From contig NW_026515669.1 of the NCBI RefSeq assembly GCF_025526975.1, positions 930,001 through 994,000 of the forward strand: DNA of 64,000 nucleotides, in the 5' to 3' direction. Source of the stretch: Fimicolochytrium jonesii. Its lineage: Eukaryota. Positions 48,660 to 63,324 of this stretch are shown piece after piece (position 1 is the stretch's first letter; every line of letters begins with the position of its first letter). Below the pieces are notes generated by a model. The model worked only from the letters and a program-made list of their open reading frames with translations. It did no database searches and was not told where the DNA came from. Position numbers and translations under genes: made by a program.

Positions 48660-50969
48660 TCAGCGTGATACTTCCTCAATCGGCTCCACTTTGGTATTCG
48701 ACGGCTCCACTTTCGTATTCGACCCTACATTCCCTCCAGCTTCCAGGCGCACATGTACCTCCACACCTCCTTGCTCTCCTCCATCAACCTCCAAAACCAG
48801 ATGGACGCCATCCCATCTCCATCCGTTTGCCGCATCAGCGGGCTCGACCATCACGCGAACGCAACCCCGGTCGGCCCAGGGACCTCTTAGTGGGACATAG
48901 ATCACGGTGTCTTTCTTGGAAGGTTGCGCGACAAAGTCCAATTCGAAGGCTGATGTGGCCGTGGACGCGCTCCGGAATGTCGATTGTCTCGATACGGTTC
49001 GCGTAGTGCTCTTTACGGACGACTGTCTTGTCGCCGGGCGTGATGACGAAGGGGTTTGCGATGCTACTATGGAAGCTGCTGGGCGAGGTGGTGGTGGGAT
49101 GTACGAAACCCGTGTCGGCGTCCCGCTCACCAAGAACGCGTGAGGTCGTATTGCGGCCAACCCCGCTCGTGCCCCTTCCCAGTCATTCCCCGCATCGTCT
49201 TTCGAATATAATGATAAATCCTCGTCGTTCCATTGATCGCCCCATTGGTGGCAATTATCAGGGCAGTAGTTCCACAGTGTAAAATGCAGCAAATTGGATT
49301 CCATGGCAGCCAAATTGGCGTCCAACGCCAAGTGATGATTTTTATAATCTCCCGTGATATAAGCGACGCGGTTGTTGAGGTCGAATGGAATACCAAACTC
49401 GCCAATGAGAGTGGGTATCTGATCCCCAAGCCTCTCCGTCGTCGCCTTCTTGATCCACGAGAGTTGCAGGGCAAAATTTTTGCGGATACCGTTATAACCA
49501 AAACTGAGAGAGGATAGCAGCGTCTTGTACATCCCAAACTTCCAACCGACGTAATCGAGGGTGAAAAAGCTCGTGAAGCTCTTTTTGATGAGGGTCATCC
49601 CATCGTACCAGTGGGGCGCATTTATGAATCGGCCGGCGATATCGCTATCCGCACCCTCCCAATCGAAGGGAGGTGGTCGGTGATTGACCGGTGGGTCAAG
49701 GAAAATGATGGCTGATGGGTGGGCCCCTCGTAATGCTTTCGTAAAGTCGCGGACGAAGGGTTTCCAGAACGTCAGGGTCCAGTCGTCAATGATATCGCCG
49801 CTGACTGGATCGCGTGCAAAGTAGTCTGGTCGCAGAAGCTTCCCTGTCTCGGGGTCCCAAACGCCATGATCGGCCCAAATGCAGGTTTTCCCTTCCCGCC
49901 ATGCCCGCACTTTGGACTCGTTTATCGTAACTGAGCCAACCTTCCCCGGGCCATTCCATTTGAAGTCACAGTCGGCTACTGTGACGGTTGCGCCGTTGCC
50001 TGCGAGCATACCCTCAAAGGGCGAGGGCGTTGGGCCCAGCTTGAGTTCCCATTCTCTTGGCACTTTGCCACAATGCGCAATGCCGATGTATCCACAGGCT
50101 GGTTCGTTCAGCGTGTCGTATCCGACAACAACATTGTCTAACAAATCTCCTTCTGACTTCAATCGTTCCGCTAAAACAACATACGACTGGAAGTAATGCC
50201 GCTGGAGATACGTCTGGATGTTCTCTCCGTCGACTAAACATTTTGGCGCAAACGTCTTCCCGGCGAAGAAGAGAGTGAACATGGTCGCTGCTGCAAGCTT
50301 GTTGTAATTGGTTGACCATATCATGCGCGGAACGGCGGTGACATCTGGATACGTGTTTTGCGAAATGCAGGCTCCCGAGGGCGCAAGATTCTCCAATTCG
50401 AATCCTGCAAGCTCCAATGTCCATCCCGGTGCGCCACTTCCGCCCGTAAAACGGGACCATACATCCTGATGAGGATCAATCAAGCATTTGAATCGATACT
50501 CTTTTGCTTTCCGGAGCACTGCCACCAGATAATCGAAATACTCCTCGTCATATTCTCCGGGGCCTTTGTGCTCAATGGCTTCCCAGGTGACAATAAACCT
50601 GAGGAACATGAAGCCCCACGCAGCTAGCCTTCCAAAGTGCTCGTCCGCGTCTTCTAAAGGAAACGGCCTCCCAACAAAGCTGACGTTCCGATGATCAAAG
50701 AAGCCTTCGGTTGTATGCGTTGTGATGTAGGGCTTGAAAGGCATTTTTGAAGCTCCGCTGAGGTTGATACCACGAAGGAGGACGTTGCGGCCCAGGCCAT
50801 CGAGGATGAGGCCGTCATGAATCTCAAGCGGGGTATCGGCGTAAGAGGCAATGGGCGACGCTTCTGGTGGGTGATCCTGCTGCTTCTCGGCCTCCCGGAG
50901 CAGTGGCTTGACGGGTGAAGATTGTTTGGCGGCGTCCGGTTCGTAAGTTTCACCCATTGAAGATGGCAT
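48660..50969 (-). CDS. GH5 glycosidase, endoglycoceramidase-related (EGCrP/Egh1-type steryl-glucosidase or glucocerebrosidase); intronless
   Basis: LRGINLSGASKMP, SFVGRPFPL, DPHQDVWSRFTGGSGAP, acid/base NEP, nucleophile IGEFG, WGDQWNDEDLS. Start is the first ATG (50969). Confidence 0.9.
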   Translation of the reverse strand: MPSSMGETYEPDAAKQSSPVKPLLREAEKQQDHPPEASPIASYADTPLEIHDGLILDGLGRNVLLRGINLSGASKMPFKPYITTHTTEGFFDHRNVSFVGRPFPLEDADEHFGRLAAWGFMFLRFIVTWEAIEHKGPGEYDEEYFDYLVAVLRKAKEYRFKCLIDPHQDVWSRFTGGSGAPGWTLELAGFELENLAPSGACISQNTYPDVTAVPRMIWSTNYNKLAAATMFTLFFAGKTFAPKCLVDGENIQTYLQRHYFQSYVVLAERLKSEGDLLDNVVVGYDTLNEPACGYIGIAHCGKVPREWELKLGPTPSPFEGMLAGNGATVTVADCDFKWNGPGKVGSVTINESKVRAWREGKTCIWADHGVWDPETGKLLRPDYFARDPVSGDIIDDWTLTFWKPFVRDFTKALRGAHPSAIIFLDPPVNHRPPPFDWEGADSDIAGRFINAPHWYDGMTLIKKSFTSFFTLDYVGWKFGMYKTLLSSLSFGYNGIRKNFALQLSWIKKATTERLGDQIPTLIGEFGIPFDLNNRVAYITGDYKNHHLALDANLAAMESNLLHFTLWNYCPDNCHQWGDQWNDEDLSLYSKDDAGNDWEGARAGLAAIRPHAFLVSGTPTRVSYIPPPPRPAASIVASQTPSSSRPATRQSSVKSTTRTVSRQSTFRSASTATSAFELDFVAQPSKKDTVIYVPLRGPWADRGCVRVMVEPADAANGWRWDGVHLVLEVDGGEQGGVEVHVRLEAGGNVGSNTKVEPSNTKVEPIEEVSR

Positions 50970-51355
50970 GTGCGTGTGCGGGCTTTGCGAGGGTAGGCCC
51001 AGATCTAGGTGCACTGAAAGCTTCCTGTGGCACTCGATTCAACAATAAGAAGCTTCTCCAATCAGGCTGTTACTTACGGTGGGAATTGGCTAAAGCGGAC
51101 AGGTATACATGGCCAGAACAGGGCTGCAAGCTTGGCGCTTGACAATTGAACGCAAACAAACAAAGGGCAGCTCCGGCAAGAGGGCAAGCAAGACTCACGC
51201 GATTGTGCTCACGTCACGCCTGTCCTCTTGATACCCCGCTCTCTCTTCCAACTGAATCTGAAGTACCTAGATCTACACTGCCATCTATGTATTATAGACG
51301 ATTCGGTTCTACATAATGTACGGGTGAAATATGCTGCGAATTCCGCAATTGGATT

Positions 51356-52436
51356 TCATTCGCCTTCATCGGGCGAGCCATTACCAAATTTCCCGACTTT
51401 CTCGGCTCGTAATTTGGCCGCTAATGCGAGACCTTCTCGTTGCTTCCGCTCCTTCCTTTCCTCCTTCGTCTCAATCGTCGCCTTCGCATCCGTCGATAAA
51501 GCCTCCATTCCCGGTTCCGAAAAAGCGGCAGTGATGCCTGCCTTGAATTTATCGATTGTCTGCTGGTTCTTCGCGAACTTTGCGTTGGCTAAAACACTGA
51601 GGAATTCCACATGTGCCTTGGACGCAAACAGATGGACTGTTCCATTGGCATTCGGCCGATCGTCGCTGCCAGCCGCTTCTGGTACGTCCAACCAGCCCAG
51701 AACCGCGTCAATCTTCAGGCTCCCACGTATTTGTACCATCCGATTCTGAATGCCACTGTTCGCAAAGCCGCACGCCAATGCCACGGTCAGTAGAGCATCG
51801 GCAGCTTCTCGTGTTCGGGCAAGTACGTGCAATATGAATGGTTCGAACTTGAAGTAAATGATGGGCACATTGATGTCATGTGGCGTGGACGTCGTGAATC
51901 GCAATGAGCAATCCTCCTCCTTGTGGTTTGGGAAGAGCATTGACCAAAGCTTGTCGGACGCTTCAGCCGACCCTTCAGAACTGATGATCGTTGGTAAAGG
52001 ATCATGTGTCACACTCAACCAGGTGCCGCCTTTCGTAACCTTCTCTGCTGTTCCCGGTGCAGCATCGACATAGACCGCAACTCGTCCAGAGCAGCTTGAG
52101 GTCGTTACTAAATCAGTACTGGAAGAACGTCAGAAATCGCACAACAAAGGAAAAAGTCAGACCGATCTGCCCGTAGGGTTAGTTTGTGCCCCTTTGTGCC
52201 AGCACATTTCTCTAACGTTGATAGAAAGCAACATACCACTCATTTATGACGTTCAATAGAGGAATAACGGGCGTATCTATGCTGCCTTTTGGCGATTTGT
52301 CTATTGTATACGCGAGGATATCTTTCTTCCGCTGGTCAAAGCTTTCCTCCTTGAGCCCCATTCTCATTAGCGGCTTCCCTGCTCTACGACCCTGTCTTGA
52401 GACTATTTTTGCTGCACTTGTCACAGCGGATGCCAT
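51356..52436 (-). CDS. TYW3: tRNA wybutosine methyltransferase Tyw3, two exons
   Basis: DKSPKGSID...VTTSSCSGR...GGTWLSVTH...KFEPFILHV...GFANSG. Confidence 0.92.
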
Positions 52437-52636
52437 TGAGAAGCCTAAATGTTGCAGGTTGCAGCCTGGCTTTTGGAGGACCTCGATCAAATTTAAAGGT
52501 TCAAGAGTCACGTGGCGCACTCGTTCGCCGTTTTCTGGGCAAGTCAGGGGCAAGTGACTTCTGAGGTTTTGACATTTGTCGTCTTCATATACAATTCTCA
52601 GAACGCAGATACCTTTACGAGCGCACCACCGCTGAA

Positions 52637-52997
52637 ATGGCACAAGGAAAATTCAAGAAGGCCTCCGCCGGCCCGTCGTCAGTCTTGGCAAAAAAGCACC
52701 AGAAGAAGGAGCTCACTGGGCCAAAGAAGCGTGAAGGTGCGTTTGCAATGCCATTGACCACCACCGACTGTCAGAGTCTCTAGAAACTGATTATTCTTCT
52801 CAGGCAAAGCTATCGCACCAAAACACCGAGCACTCATCAGTCAGAAGACCTTGCAAAAAAAACTCTCGGCAAAATCGATAGTGCAGACGGAGCGTCTCAT
52901 GGCCGCTCGCGCTGGAGCCACGGGAAAGCTGACGATAATGAAGAAGTTGGGGGAGCAGGCTAAAGCAGAGTTGGACAAGGCCAAGGCAAAGAAGTAG
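52637..52997 (+). CDS. UPF0390/DUF2462 (C19orf53-like) small basic protein, two exons
   Basis: MAQGKFKK...GPKKREG|KAIAPK...QKKLSAKSIVQTERLMAARAGATGKLTIMK. Confidence 0.8.
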
Positions 52998-53335
52998 ACG
53001 GATCGATGAGAAGTTTCGTTCACTGGTCGTGGCGCCGTATTGGTTAGCACTTGTCCCGGGACTTCAAGCCGGGCACTTTTTGGAGCATCTAGTCACAGTT
53101 CGTAAGCAATATTGTACATACTATTCCCCAAATATCATTCCGACAGTACGAGATATCGGGGCGTGAAGTTCAAGTCTGTGGTGCGCCCATTTGGTCCCCC
53201 TTCGACCCGAATGGCACCTCAGGGATGGGTTGTGTGTCTGTGATTGTCATTCAGGTATATCAAGGACCTCCAATCCTTCCGTGCACGTCCAATTGCTCAT
53301 AAGACGTCCCATGGGTGCTATCTGGAGTGTCTGCA

Positions 53336-54926
<1,591 letters not shown>

Positions 54927-55856
54927 TATAAGCGAATTTCCTTCAGTTCCAGTGATCACAGGAATACAAGGTTCGGAGGGGAATGAATATGCGCCGTAGC
55001 AAAGATACGAGGATACGCACCCAAAAAGCCTTTAACTCATTCAGACCGCCAATGATTACCTAAGTTTTGACAGCGTGATTGGAAGCCCGTCAGTTTCCAA
55101 ATTCTCTCGCCATTTACTTGCCATCAATAATGCTAATTTCTTTCCTCGATTCCTCTCAATGGGGAAAGCATGTTTCAGTGACGTTTGCGTCAGATCTAGG
55201 TTAAGATGCGCGACCTCCCAAGTGTCCCGTCTTGGATGAGCAAACCGCCGAACATCAACGAAGTGAAATACGATAGACCCCATCAGAATGCTTGAAGCCC
55301 GGAAGAGGTTTCACCTCCAAGATGCGCCGAGGTTGGCAACGAAAGTCTGGTGCTGGCGTCATAAGCGCTCATTAGCGCTCTCCAGCGCACGTCCTCTTCC
55401 ATAGCAAGCTCGGCGCAATGGTTGAATGTTCCGCATCGTTAAGAGACTTCCTGATTTGGCGGATGCTTCGTGGGTTTGCCTTCTTCCAAGCCGGTCACAC
55501 TATGACGCTCGCTCAATATTTTCACACATCGATTCGAGTTCCGAACATGCCGCCGAAGACTCGTGCAAGCCCAAGGAATTAATTGAAACTGCTATGATAA
55601 TTGCGCTCGAATGCCACCTTGTCCGAGGAGGGAAATTTCATATGTCTATCTACTATCTATATCACAGACGTTTCCACATTATCTGAAGAGTGCTCTCAGA
55701 TCTGATTCCCCATCTCCATCCACAAAGTGCGCACGTGATCAGACAATTGTTTGTTACGCCGCGATGTTTCTCAGAAGGGAGAACATGCCCAGAGGACAGC
55801 GATCCTGATTGTTATGTCACGAGGAGTCCTGCCGTTGTTCGTGTCATACTAAGGCC

Positions 55857-56864
55857 CTACAATTTCCCCATTGCCACAAGAGGCATCACTTCAGTCAAAT
55901 CGTGCCACTTCGAAGCCAAAGGAATCGGCACATCCTCGAAAATGCCCGCAATCCCGAGGATGGCAAGTGTCATAATCCCTGCCGAAACAAGCAGAGCAGT
56001 TGTCCAGGTTCCAGGGTTGACTCGTTTTCGCATCAACTTCATGCTCGAGAGAGCTTGCTGGATACCGAAGGCCGTGTGATAGATCCCAGCTGTTCCCAAT
56101 ATGATGTAATATGGATAGAACAAGGGAGCGGTCCAGTCGGCCCGGAGTGAATGGGTTACAAAAGTCAAATCGATGATGGACGTGTCGGGCAAGACTGTGG
56201 AAAGGTATTGTAAGTTTCTTTTACCAATATTCGCTGAGGCAAAAGAAAAACCCGTTCCAACCTTTCAAAGGGGTAATTCGTGTCGCCAGAACGTGGACGC
56301 CCACCAATGCGGTAAGGACATAGCCGCTCAGGCGATGGAACTGCAATTCCCGTTGTGCTGCTGTCTGTGCGGGTTTTTTCACAACTTCTTCAGCTGCGTT
56401 TGTCCGCTCCATCTTCTCCGCGCTATTCTCCAGCTTATCCTTCTCGAGGCGCGAATTGAGTTTTTTGATGTTCCTCGTGCGAATGACGACCCTTGCTAAG
56501 CTGCTTCCAATGTGGACTACTAGTGACGCACCAACTACGAGCGGCTCGACAACAGGGTTCTGGTAGACTGGTCCATTTCGTCAACTTGACATTCCAATTA
56601 AGAAGAGAGTGCACCACAGGTGAACTTAACTTACAGACTCGGGACGCAAATAAGGCTGTATCGGCAAGGGAAAAGCTGAAGCTGGCTAATAAATGTCCAC
56701 CAAGATGCAAGGCAGAGAAAGAAGAGAAAGCAAGGCCAGAGACCTGCCAATTTGGCGTTTATAAGCACATAAGTCAAGTATGCAGCGATGAATGAGCAAG
56801 CAAAGATAAGGAGACGCACCTGCTGAACTCTGGCCAGGGTTCGGTCGACCGTACGTAGGTCCAT
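55857..56864 (-). CDS. Mcp1-like (DUF1691) multi-pass mitochondrial membrane protein, four exons
   Basis: Spliced LARVQQ|VSG...FSALHL...SRV|FYQNPVVEP...VHIG...HRLSGY...VHVLATRITP...YH; the His-bearing TM pattern matches the Mcp1 family. Confidence 0.7.
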
Positions 56865-58618
56865 TGCAGATGCAAGCCCGACGGGAATATACTGTATGTA
56901 CGTAGTTGGGCTCTTGGTTTGTTTCCAAGTCGAACCGTTTGGTGATCGACAACTCACCATCACGAGTCGCGCTGTCGATTTCCTTGTGGGTCGGAATCCA
57001 TGGAATCCGACCCTGTCAACTTGATTTCTCTCATCCTCGAACGGCTTTTTGCTCGGCTCGACATTGGGTTTACCGCACTCTGGCCGACATGACGATTCCC
57101 ACTTTGAGCTCTCCATACACTCAAGCACATAAGTTTCAGATTCGTTCTACATGCACAGCAAGGAAAGACGAAAGGGACATAATCGGAGTGTTGGAAGTCT
57201 TCACTCTCATTCCGTATTCTCACCCATGCTGTTTTGGGCAGCATTCCAGAACCGCGTGTAACCCCAAACCGTGACATAAGCACCTGCTCCCACAGCGTTT
57301 TTGATCAGGGAATCGTAAGCTTGCCTGGTCCCATTCGTTGCTTAGGCTCAACACATGTGCAGCGCCCTTCCCGGAGGCTCTCCAAGGTAAAGTCTACGCA
57401 TTGTTTCAGGTTGTTGTTTGGATGAACTGGACGGTCGCTGACGCTAAAGTCAGGACTTGGCACCGACCTCCTAGAGCCTGCCAGCTGTTGAGGTGGTAAA
57501 AGATTGTGGGATGGGGAGCTCCCTTGTAAGCAGGAGACATGATTCTCAACACAAACTCTGGATAGATGCCAGTCAATGTCAATGGGACGCCCAGTTGGTT
57601 TTCCAAGCGGAAGCGGTGAGGAGCTCCTTTCCCGACCATTGCACATGTTACATGCAGAACTCGAACATGCCATGCACGAAACGAGCAAGAGACAAGATCA
57701 AGCGCGAGGCATGAATTGATCATATCCTCTTTGTAGCTCATTCTTCCTCTCGATTTCCACCGGGTGCCAGTGTCAAGGTTGACGCCGCTTATCCTTCTGG
57801 GATGGCGCGCGCATCTTCATCTCCCTGAGCGTTGCATCTCTATGTAATCCGTGCGTTCAGTTCAGGCCCCCAACGATCTTGGTCGTGATGCTTTCGGGAG
57901 CGACCGCCAGAAATGCGGAAAGTTCCCATGATGCGCTGCTGAGTCTGCGCACTGAATGAAGAGGCCCTCCGAATTTGCTTGCGAGAATGGGGTTGGCGTC
58001 AGGGTTATTTATCAACATGCTTGATCAATCGTCCAATAGTGTCAAAACCGGTCAAAACTGGTGCCGATTTTTGCCTGCGCTTTCTTTTTTGCGCTTGCCA
58101 GTGACAACATTTTGCCTCAGACATGAATTCGAAGCGGAAATCGAAGGCATGTGATGGTTGCCACTGCCGTCTTTTCTCCACTGATCCTATCTCCTAAATA
58201 CATAGAACTGCTGCATCCGTGGAGGTGCAGGCAGAGAGCTGGTTGCGTGCGTGACCTTGTTCTTGACGCGGCATTTGGTCTGCGCCTCCTGGGAGTCCTG
58301 GATGTGCATGTCCTCCAAGTTCTCACGCCAGTTAGGACCGAGCGGACATGGATGTGACGACTCCTCCTCGGACAACGAACTTCGAAGTCACGCCATTTCC
58401 CCCCATCCCACTTCCCAAGACCACGTCCATCACCCGGCTCCCTTACATATACAGTACACGGCACGCAGAGACAATCCCAGCACACTGCCTACCCACCAAC
58501 AGACGGACAACAGTGCAACAGCTAGCTGCAACATACTGTGTTCGCAGCGTCGTCTCAAGGCACACTCCATGCTCCAAACATAACCTCTTCCACCGCGTCA
58601 GCGATAGTGACCTGCAAG

Positions 58619-61600
58619 ATGATAATCGCCGTAACCTTCCCCGCGGCCAGCTCCCGCGACAGTTACTCGTTTAAAGTGCAGTCTCCCAACTTGGCCTTCC
58701 GCGCCCAGCTTCAGCGCACGCTACGAAGGAAGCGTGCACTCAATGCATCACTCGACAGTGAGAGCGAGGCCGGGTCGGACAGCACTTGCGGCAACGAATT
58801 GGACAGCAGCGGGGATGAACCGGCTGCAGTGGTTGCGGATACGGATACCGGCAAGGATAACAGCTCCGCAGAACGCAGCTCGGGTGAAGATAGCGACAGT
58901 GCTACAGTACCTCCCACTACGGAGCCCGGCGAAGCAGACTCTCGGAAATCACCAACCAGGTCGACTAAGCCCTTTGTGAGAACGAGCGGGCCAAAAAAGA
59001 AGAGCCCTGTTCGCTCTCCTTCCGCTACAAAGGGAAAGGCCCAATTGGCTCTCAGCCCTTCCCTCACGGGGAAGAGTGGTTCGGTGTCGAAAGTCACGAA
59101 GAAAAGCCCCACCCGCCAGTTCCGCCCCAACAAGTCTGATCCCAAGAAAAGGAACCGGACTCAGAATGGAAAGAGAAGAGAGCCTGCGAAGGCCCCGGGG
59201 CTGGGCATTCCATCTAATGACCCTTCTCGTTCGGATGAGGCACATCTTGCCAGAGGTAATACTTCGTGCCGCTGGGGAAAGCGCTCATACCGCATCCAGG
59301 TGGCTGATCTTTTTCTGACACATTTTCTGATCATGTAGACCCGGCGTGTTGGCGAAACTCGATAATACGACGCGTGGAATTCTCTCTAGCTGAGTCAGAG
59401 GTGCGATGCACGCTGACAGACGACACTACATACAAGTGGCCGCTCGATAGGCATTGTCAAGGGCGTATCGAGAAAGCGATTCCCACCACTTCTGCTCCCG
59501 CCGAGCAACGATGTGACTGCTCGCCAAGCCCAGTAGGCCATGCCGCAGGCCGCAAGTGGCAGTGGAAACAAGCTGTCTTCCCAGAGAGCGACGATGGGCA
59601 GCAAATGGCCATGTGCTGTGAAGCCGCCGCAAAACAAGCTGACGCGAGGACAGCGCGTACCAACACTGAGCTCGTAGATTGCTTCCAGAGATTTGTCAGC
59701 CCAAAATTGAACAATTTACTCCCTGGAACCCTTCGCGAATGTAAGTTGATAGTGGGATACTTGCCTGCCAGATGTACATTCTGTCATAAGCCGTGAGGAG
59801 GTTGGCCTTCAGTCCAAACTCGACTCGTTCCAAAGTTTCTTCACGCTGGCGTGCAATCCTCTCATGCCTTTCCTTTTCCCTTTTCTCGCAGTCGTTGTAC
59901 ATAGTCAGATCAATCGCGCCAAACGCCGTCTCGAAGCTTTGAAGGCGCCGCATATCCCTTGTGAAGCGGGTTTCACAGAAAAGCTGCTTCGCTTGCAGAA
60001 CGCGTTAGCTGACATCCTCCTATCGCACGCCCTCGACATCGTCAAAGGCTCTGTCTGGTGGGTGCCGCTAGAGTACAAAAGGGCGCACCACCCGCACGGC
60101 AAATTGGAGGGTCCCGACGCGAACGAACCCAGGCCTGATGTCGAGCTGGACACCATACTGTTCGATCTGCAAAGCCTGGCAGATAGAGTCCCTTCAGGCT
60201 TTGCTCAGGCGTGGCCAAAGGACCCCCCTATAAGGCTGCTCAGGATTCTGCATCGTATGGCATGTCGAGCGAAATGGGATGTGAAGGTGCAGATTCAGAA
60301 ACTGAAGACAAAGCAAGCAGAGCTCGGTCAGTCGATCGATACGGACGAGTCCGACCACTCCGAATCAGCATGGGACGCAAAACGTCGCAACCAGCCAGTC
60401 ACTGACGTCACGGTGGCAGAAAGCCAACTGGCAACCTTGAATATGATGCAGGACTGCTTTTTCCAACGCCTCCAATCCCGAGAAGGGGAGACGGAGGAGG
60501 TCCGAGAGCTACAGGGGGAGTCCGCACCACCTGCTCAACGCCTCGACGAACGGGAGACCCGTCACCTTCGCATGTTAATGCGCGACGCCGGTGTGCGCCG
60601 GGAGTCTGGCAAATCCGTCGTACGCGTCAATCACATGGAACTGCACAAAATCGTTCTTCGCCTGCGAAAAGGGCCCATCCCGTTCCTTCAGTGTAGCGTC
60701 AAGACGGATACGCCTGAAGACAAGGACTTTTGGGAACAGTTGGTGGAGCTGTATGGCCTTGTGGCTTTGCATATATTTACTATTGAGCGGTCGGCGGAGT
60801 GGATGCAGGGGCTTGCAAAAGTAGGTCCTTTGCTTTTTCACAATGCCATCATGCACAAGTAATCACCGTGATTGGCCTCCCTACGTAGGAAATTGCGTCA
60901 CTGGAAAAACGCCTCGTCGTGATCAACGAAGAGAACGCCAAGGCTCGTGAGCGCGAGGCCCAGCTCATCGTAGAGAAACGAAAACGCGTTTTGGCGGCTT
61001 CCTCGTCTAGTAACGCATTCTCGCCCCACCTCCCGCCCGCCATTCATCAGATTGCCGTGCCCGCGGAACCAGCACCACTGTTGTTGCCACCGGTCATGCT
61101 GGAAGTCAGCGAAACTCCCCCAAGCGAAGGTCTTCTACCTGTCCAGAGGGTTCCGCTTGCGAAAGATACCGCGGAAGGGCTTAGCGAAACTGCCTCATCT
61201 GCCACAAGCGCTATCGAGGTGATGGCGACCCTCGAAGCCTTGTCCAAAGCGGAGATTCCCATTACCACAAGTCTGCCTGCAGGGTGTGAAACTATGAAGA
61301 CGGTCCCGCCATCAACTCTGATGAACGGTGAAGGCGGAGCAGAATGTATCTGTATCTCCGACACACTGGATGCTACCCGCGCTGATAGCATGCCGTCAAC
61401 GCCACGTGTGGAAAACCCGAATATCCCGATCCCGACGGAAACAACAGGTATCGCTCCACAAGGGCAGCTCGGGAAGATACCCAACGTGCTTACTGATGAA
61501 ACGGATGCTGATAAGCAATCAGCGAGCGCGTTCGACAACGATCAATGGTGGCATGATCTGATCAGCCGCGGCCGGGCTATCCGCCTAGCGAATGAGGAGA

Positions 61601-62739
61601 GCGGAAGATGGAAAACAGAGGAAGTAGGGAGCATCGGCAGTGAAATATCAACGGGAGTGTTGGCAGAAGGTGGAATCAGGGATATGGAGACCGACGCGTG
61701 CACGTTGCCGTCCTTGGGAAGCGGTCAGGGCCCAGCCTATGATGAAGTGTCTCATCCCATGGATGTGACCACCGACGTTACCTCCGAGCCCTTATTGGGA
61801 GGCGAGAAACGGGCCGTTGAAGCAACGTCCGAGCCGATGACTCCATGCCACAGTATGGAGGCACCAGGCGAGTCAATCGCGAAGTCCGCAGAGGGACATG
61901 ATACTCTTAGCCCGGAGGCCGAATTAGTGAATGGAGGAAGTATTAGCCGACAGACTCCGAGAGCTGTGGGAGTGTTGGATACTCGCGGCCCGCAAAGCTC
62001 GTCTAAAAAGGCGCTGTATGAGCGATCTTCTATCCGCCGTCGTTCGCTTGGGGCGCGAACCCACCCTGGGCTGGAGAAACCGCGTTTTTCCGATTCCTAC
62101 CGTGGCAACACTGCCGGCACCGAAGCAGATGATGAGATGGATTTTGATGATTCCGGTAGTCCTCACAGCGTTCGCCAAGGCGGTGAGTCAGAGCCGGCGG
62201 GAAACGCGTCCCCAGCATCGGTATCTCTGCAGCCTCTGGCGCTGGCGACCAAACACGTACGGCTCGATGAGGGGGAAAGCGGGGGCGAGCCGGCGCCTAA
62301 GAAGAGGCGCTACGAGAACGCTGCAGGCGCCCGTTTTCCGTCCGGTGACAGAAGCGGCACACCCCCCACCGCCTCGACTCGCAGCAGCGTGGTGGGCGGA
62401 AAGTTGAAGGCGTCACCGCCTCGCCGCTATACGAGACATTCTACGACTATTGGGAGCTCACACGGGTCTAAATCTGCGTCTTCGCCGCCTCGCTCTGCTC
62501 GCCATCACCTTATTATCGGCGGGTCGGCTGGTATCGGCGGAGGAATCGCCAGGGACGGTGGCATCGCCGCTGGGAGTGGTGATACCGTCCACGGCATGAT
62601 CGTTCAGGACGACGCCGAAGAGCCGGGGCATCACCCCGATGCCGAGCATTACAGAATGCATCAATTGCAACAACAGCAGTTGCAACCACCTGGGCCCCGA
62701 GTGACGGATTACTATCCCATTGTGAAGATCATTAATTAA
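58619..62739 (+). CDS. Large hypothetical, mostly disordered protein with NLS-like motifs (PAPKKRR); about four exons
   Basis: Long same-strand ORFs 58538-59338, 59374-59796, 59864-60862 and 60919-62739, separated by short candidate GT-AG introns. No family recognised; start uncertain. Confidence 0.6.
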
Positions 62740-63324
62740 GACGAGGCGCGGATTGGGTCTAGCGGTTGCGAGGACAGGACAAGAAGCGGATATGGACGAT
62801 ACTGTGAATTAGGGAGGGTGAATGAATGCGAAAGGAATAAGGAGGGACTGTTTTTTTGGATCCCCTCAACCCACGCCCGACAGACACCTCACGCGGGAGT
62901 GAAGGTCTGCGGTGTTAAGCGTGCGGTAGAGCTGGGTTTGCGTTTATGTTTGAAGACCCGGTGATGGAGAGAGTGTGGGATACCTGTGGGAATACCCATC
63001 ATCAAACGTGGATAATATCGTAAATAATATTGTCTCCATCCATGGCCGATGTCCCAAATGACTCAATGAGAAATGACTGGTCAGCTCTGAAGCCAAGGAA
63101 TAGTTGCGCAAGGCAAGCATACGAGCGGTAGCGGTCGCCTCGCCAACAGTAGGCGATCTGGTTTCGAGCCACTGATGGTGACAACTGCTTTGCGCATCAC
63201 TGACAGGCCATTATCGTAAACTGTGCTTTCCTCATTCCGACAGTTACCATCAGATTTGAGATTAAACTATAGTCGATCCTTTCTATATGTATATGATATA
63301 AGTTACAGTAAACTCGCGAATCTA

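Noticed and set aside
56900..58600. Several short ORFs in the gap between the MCP1-like gene and the large hypothetical gene
   Set aside because: No recognisable domains or consistent splice structure.
62860..62945. Possible stem-loop (SECIS or ncRNA) between convergent genes
   Set aside because: Pairing is imperfect, with no SECIS core or recognisable RNA family motif.
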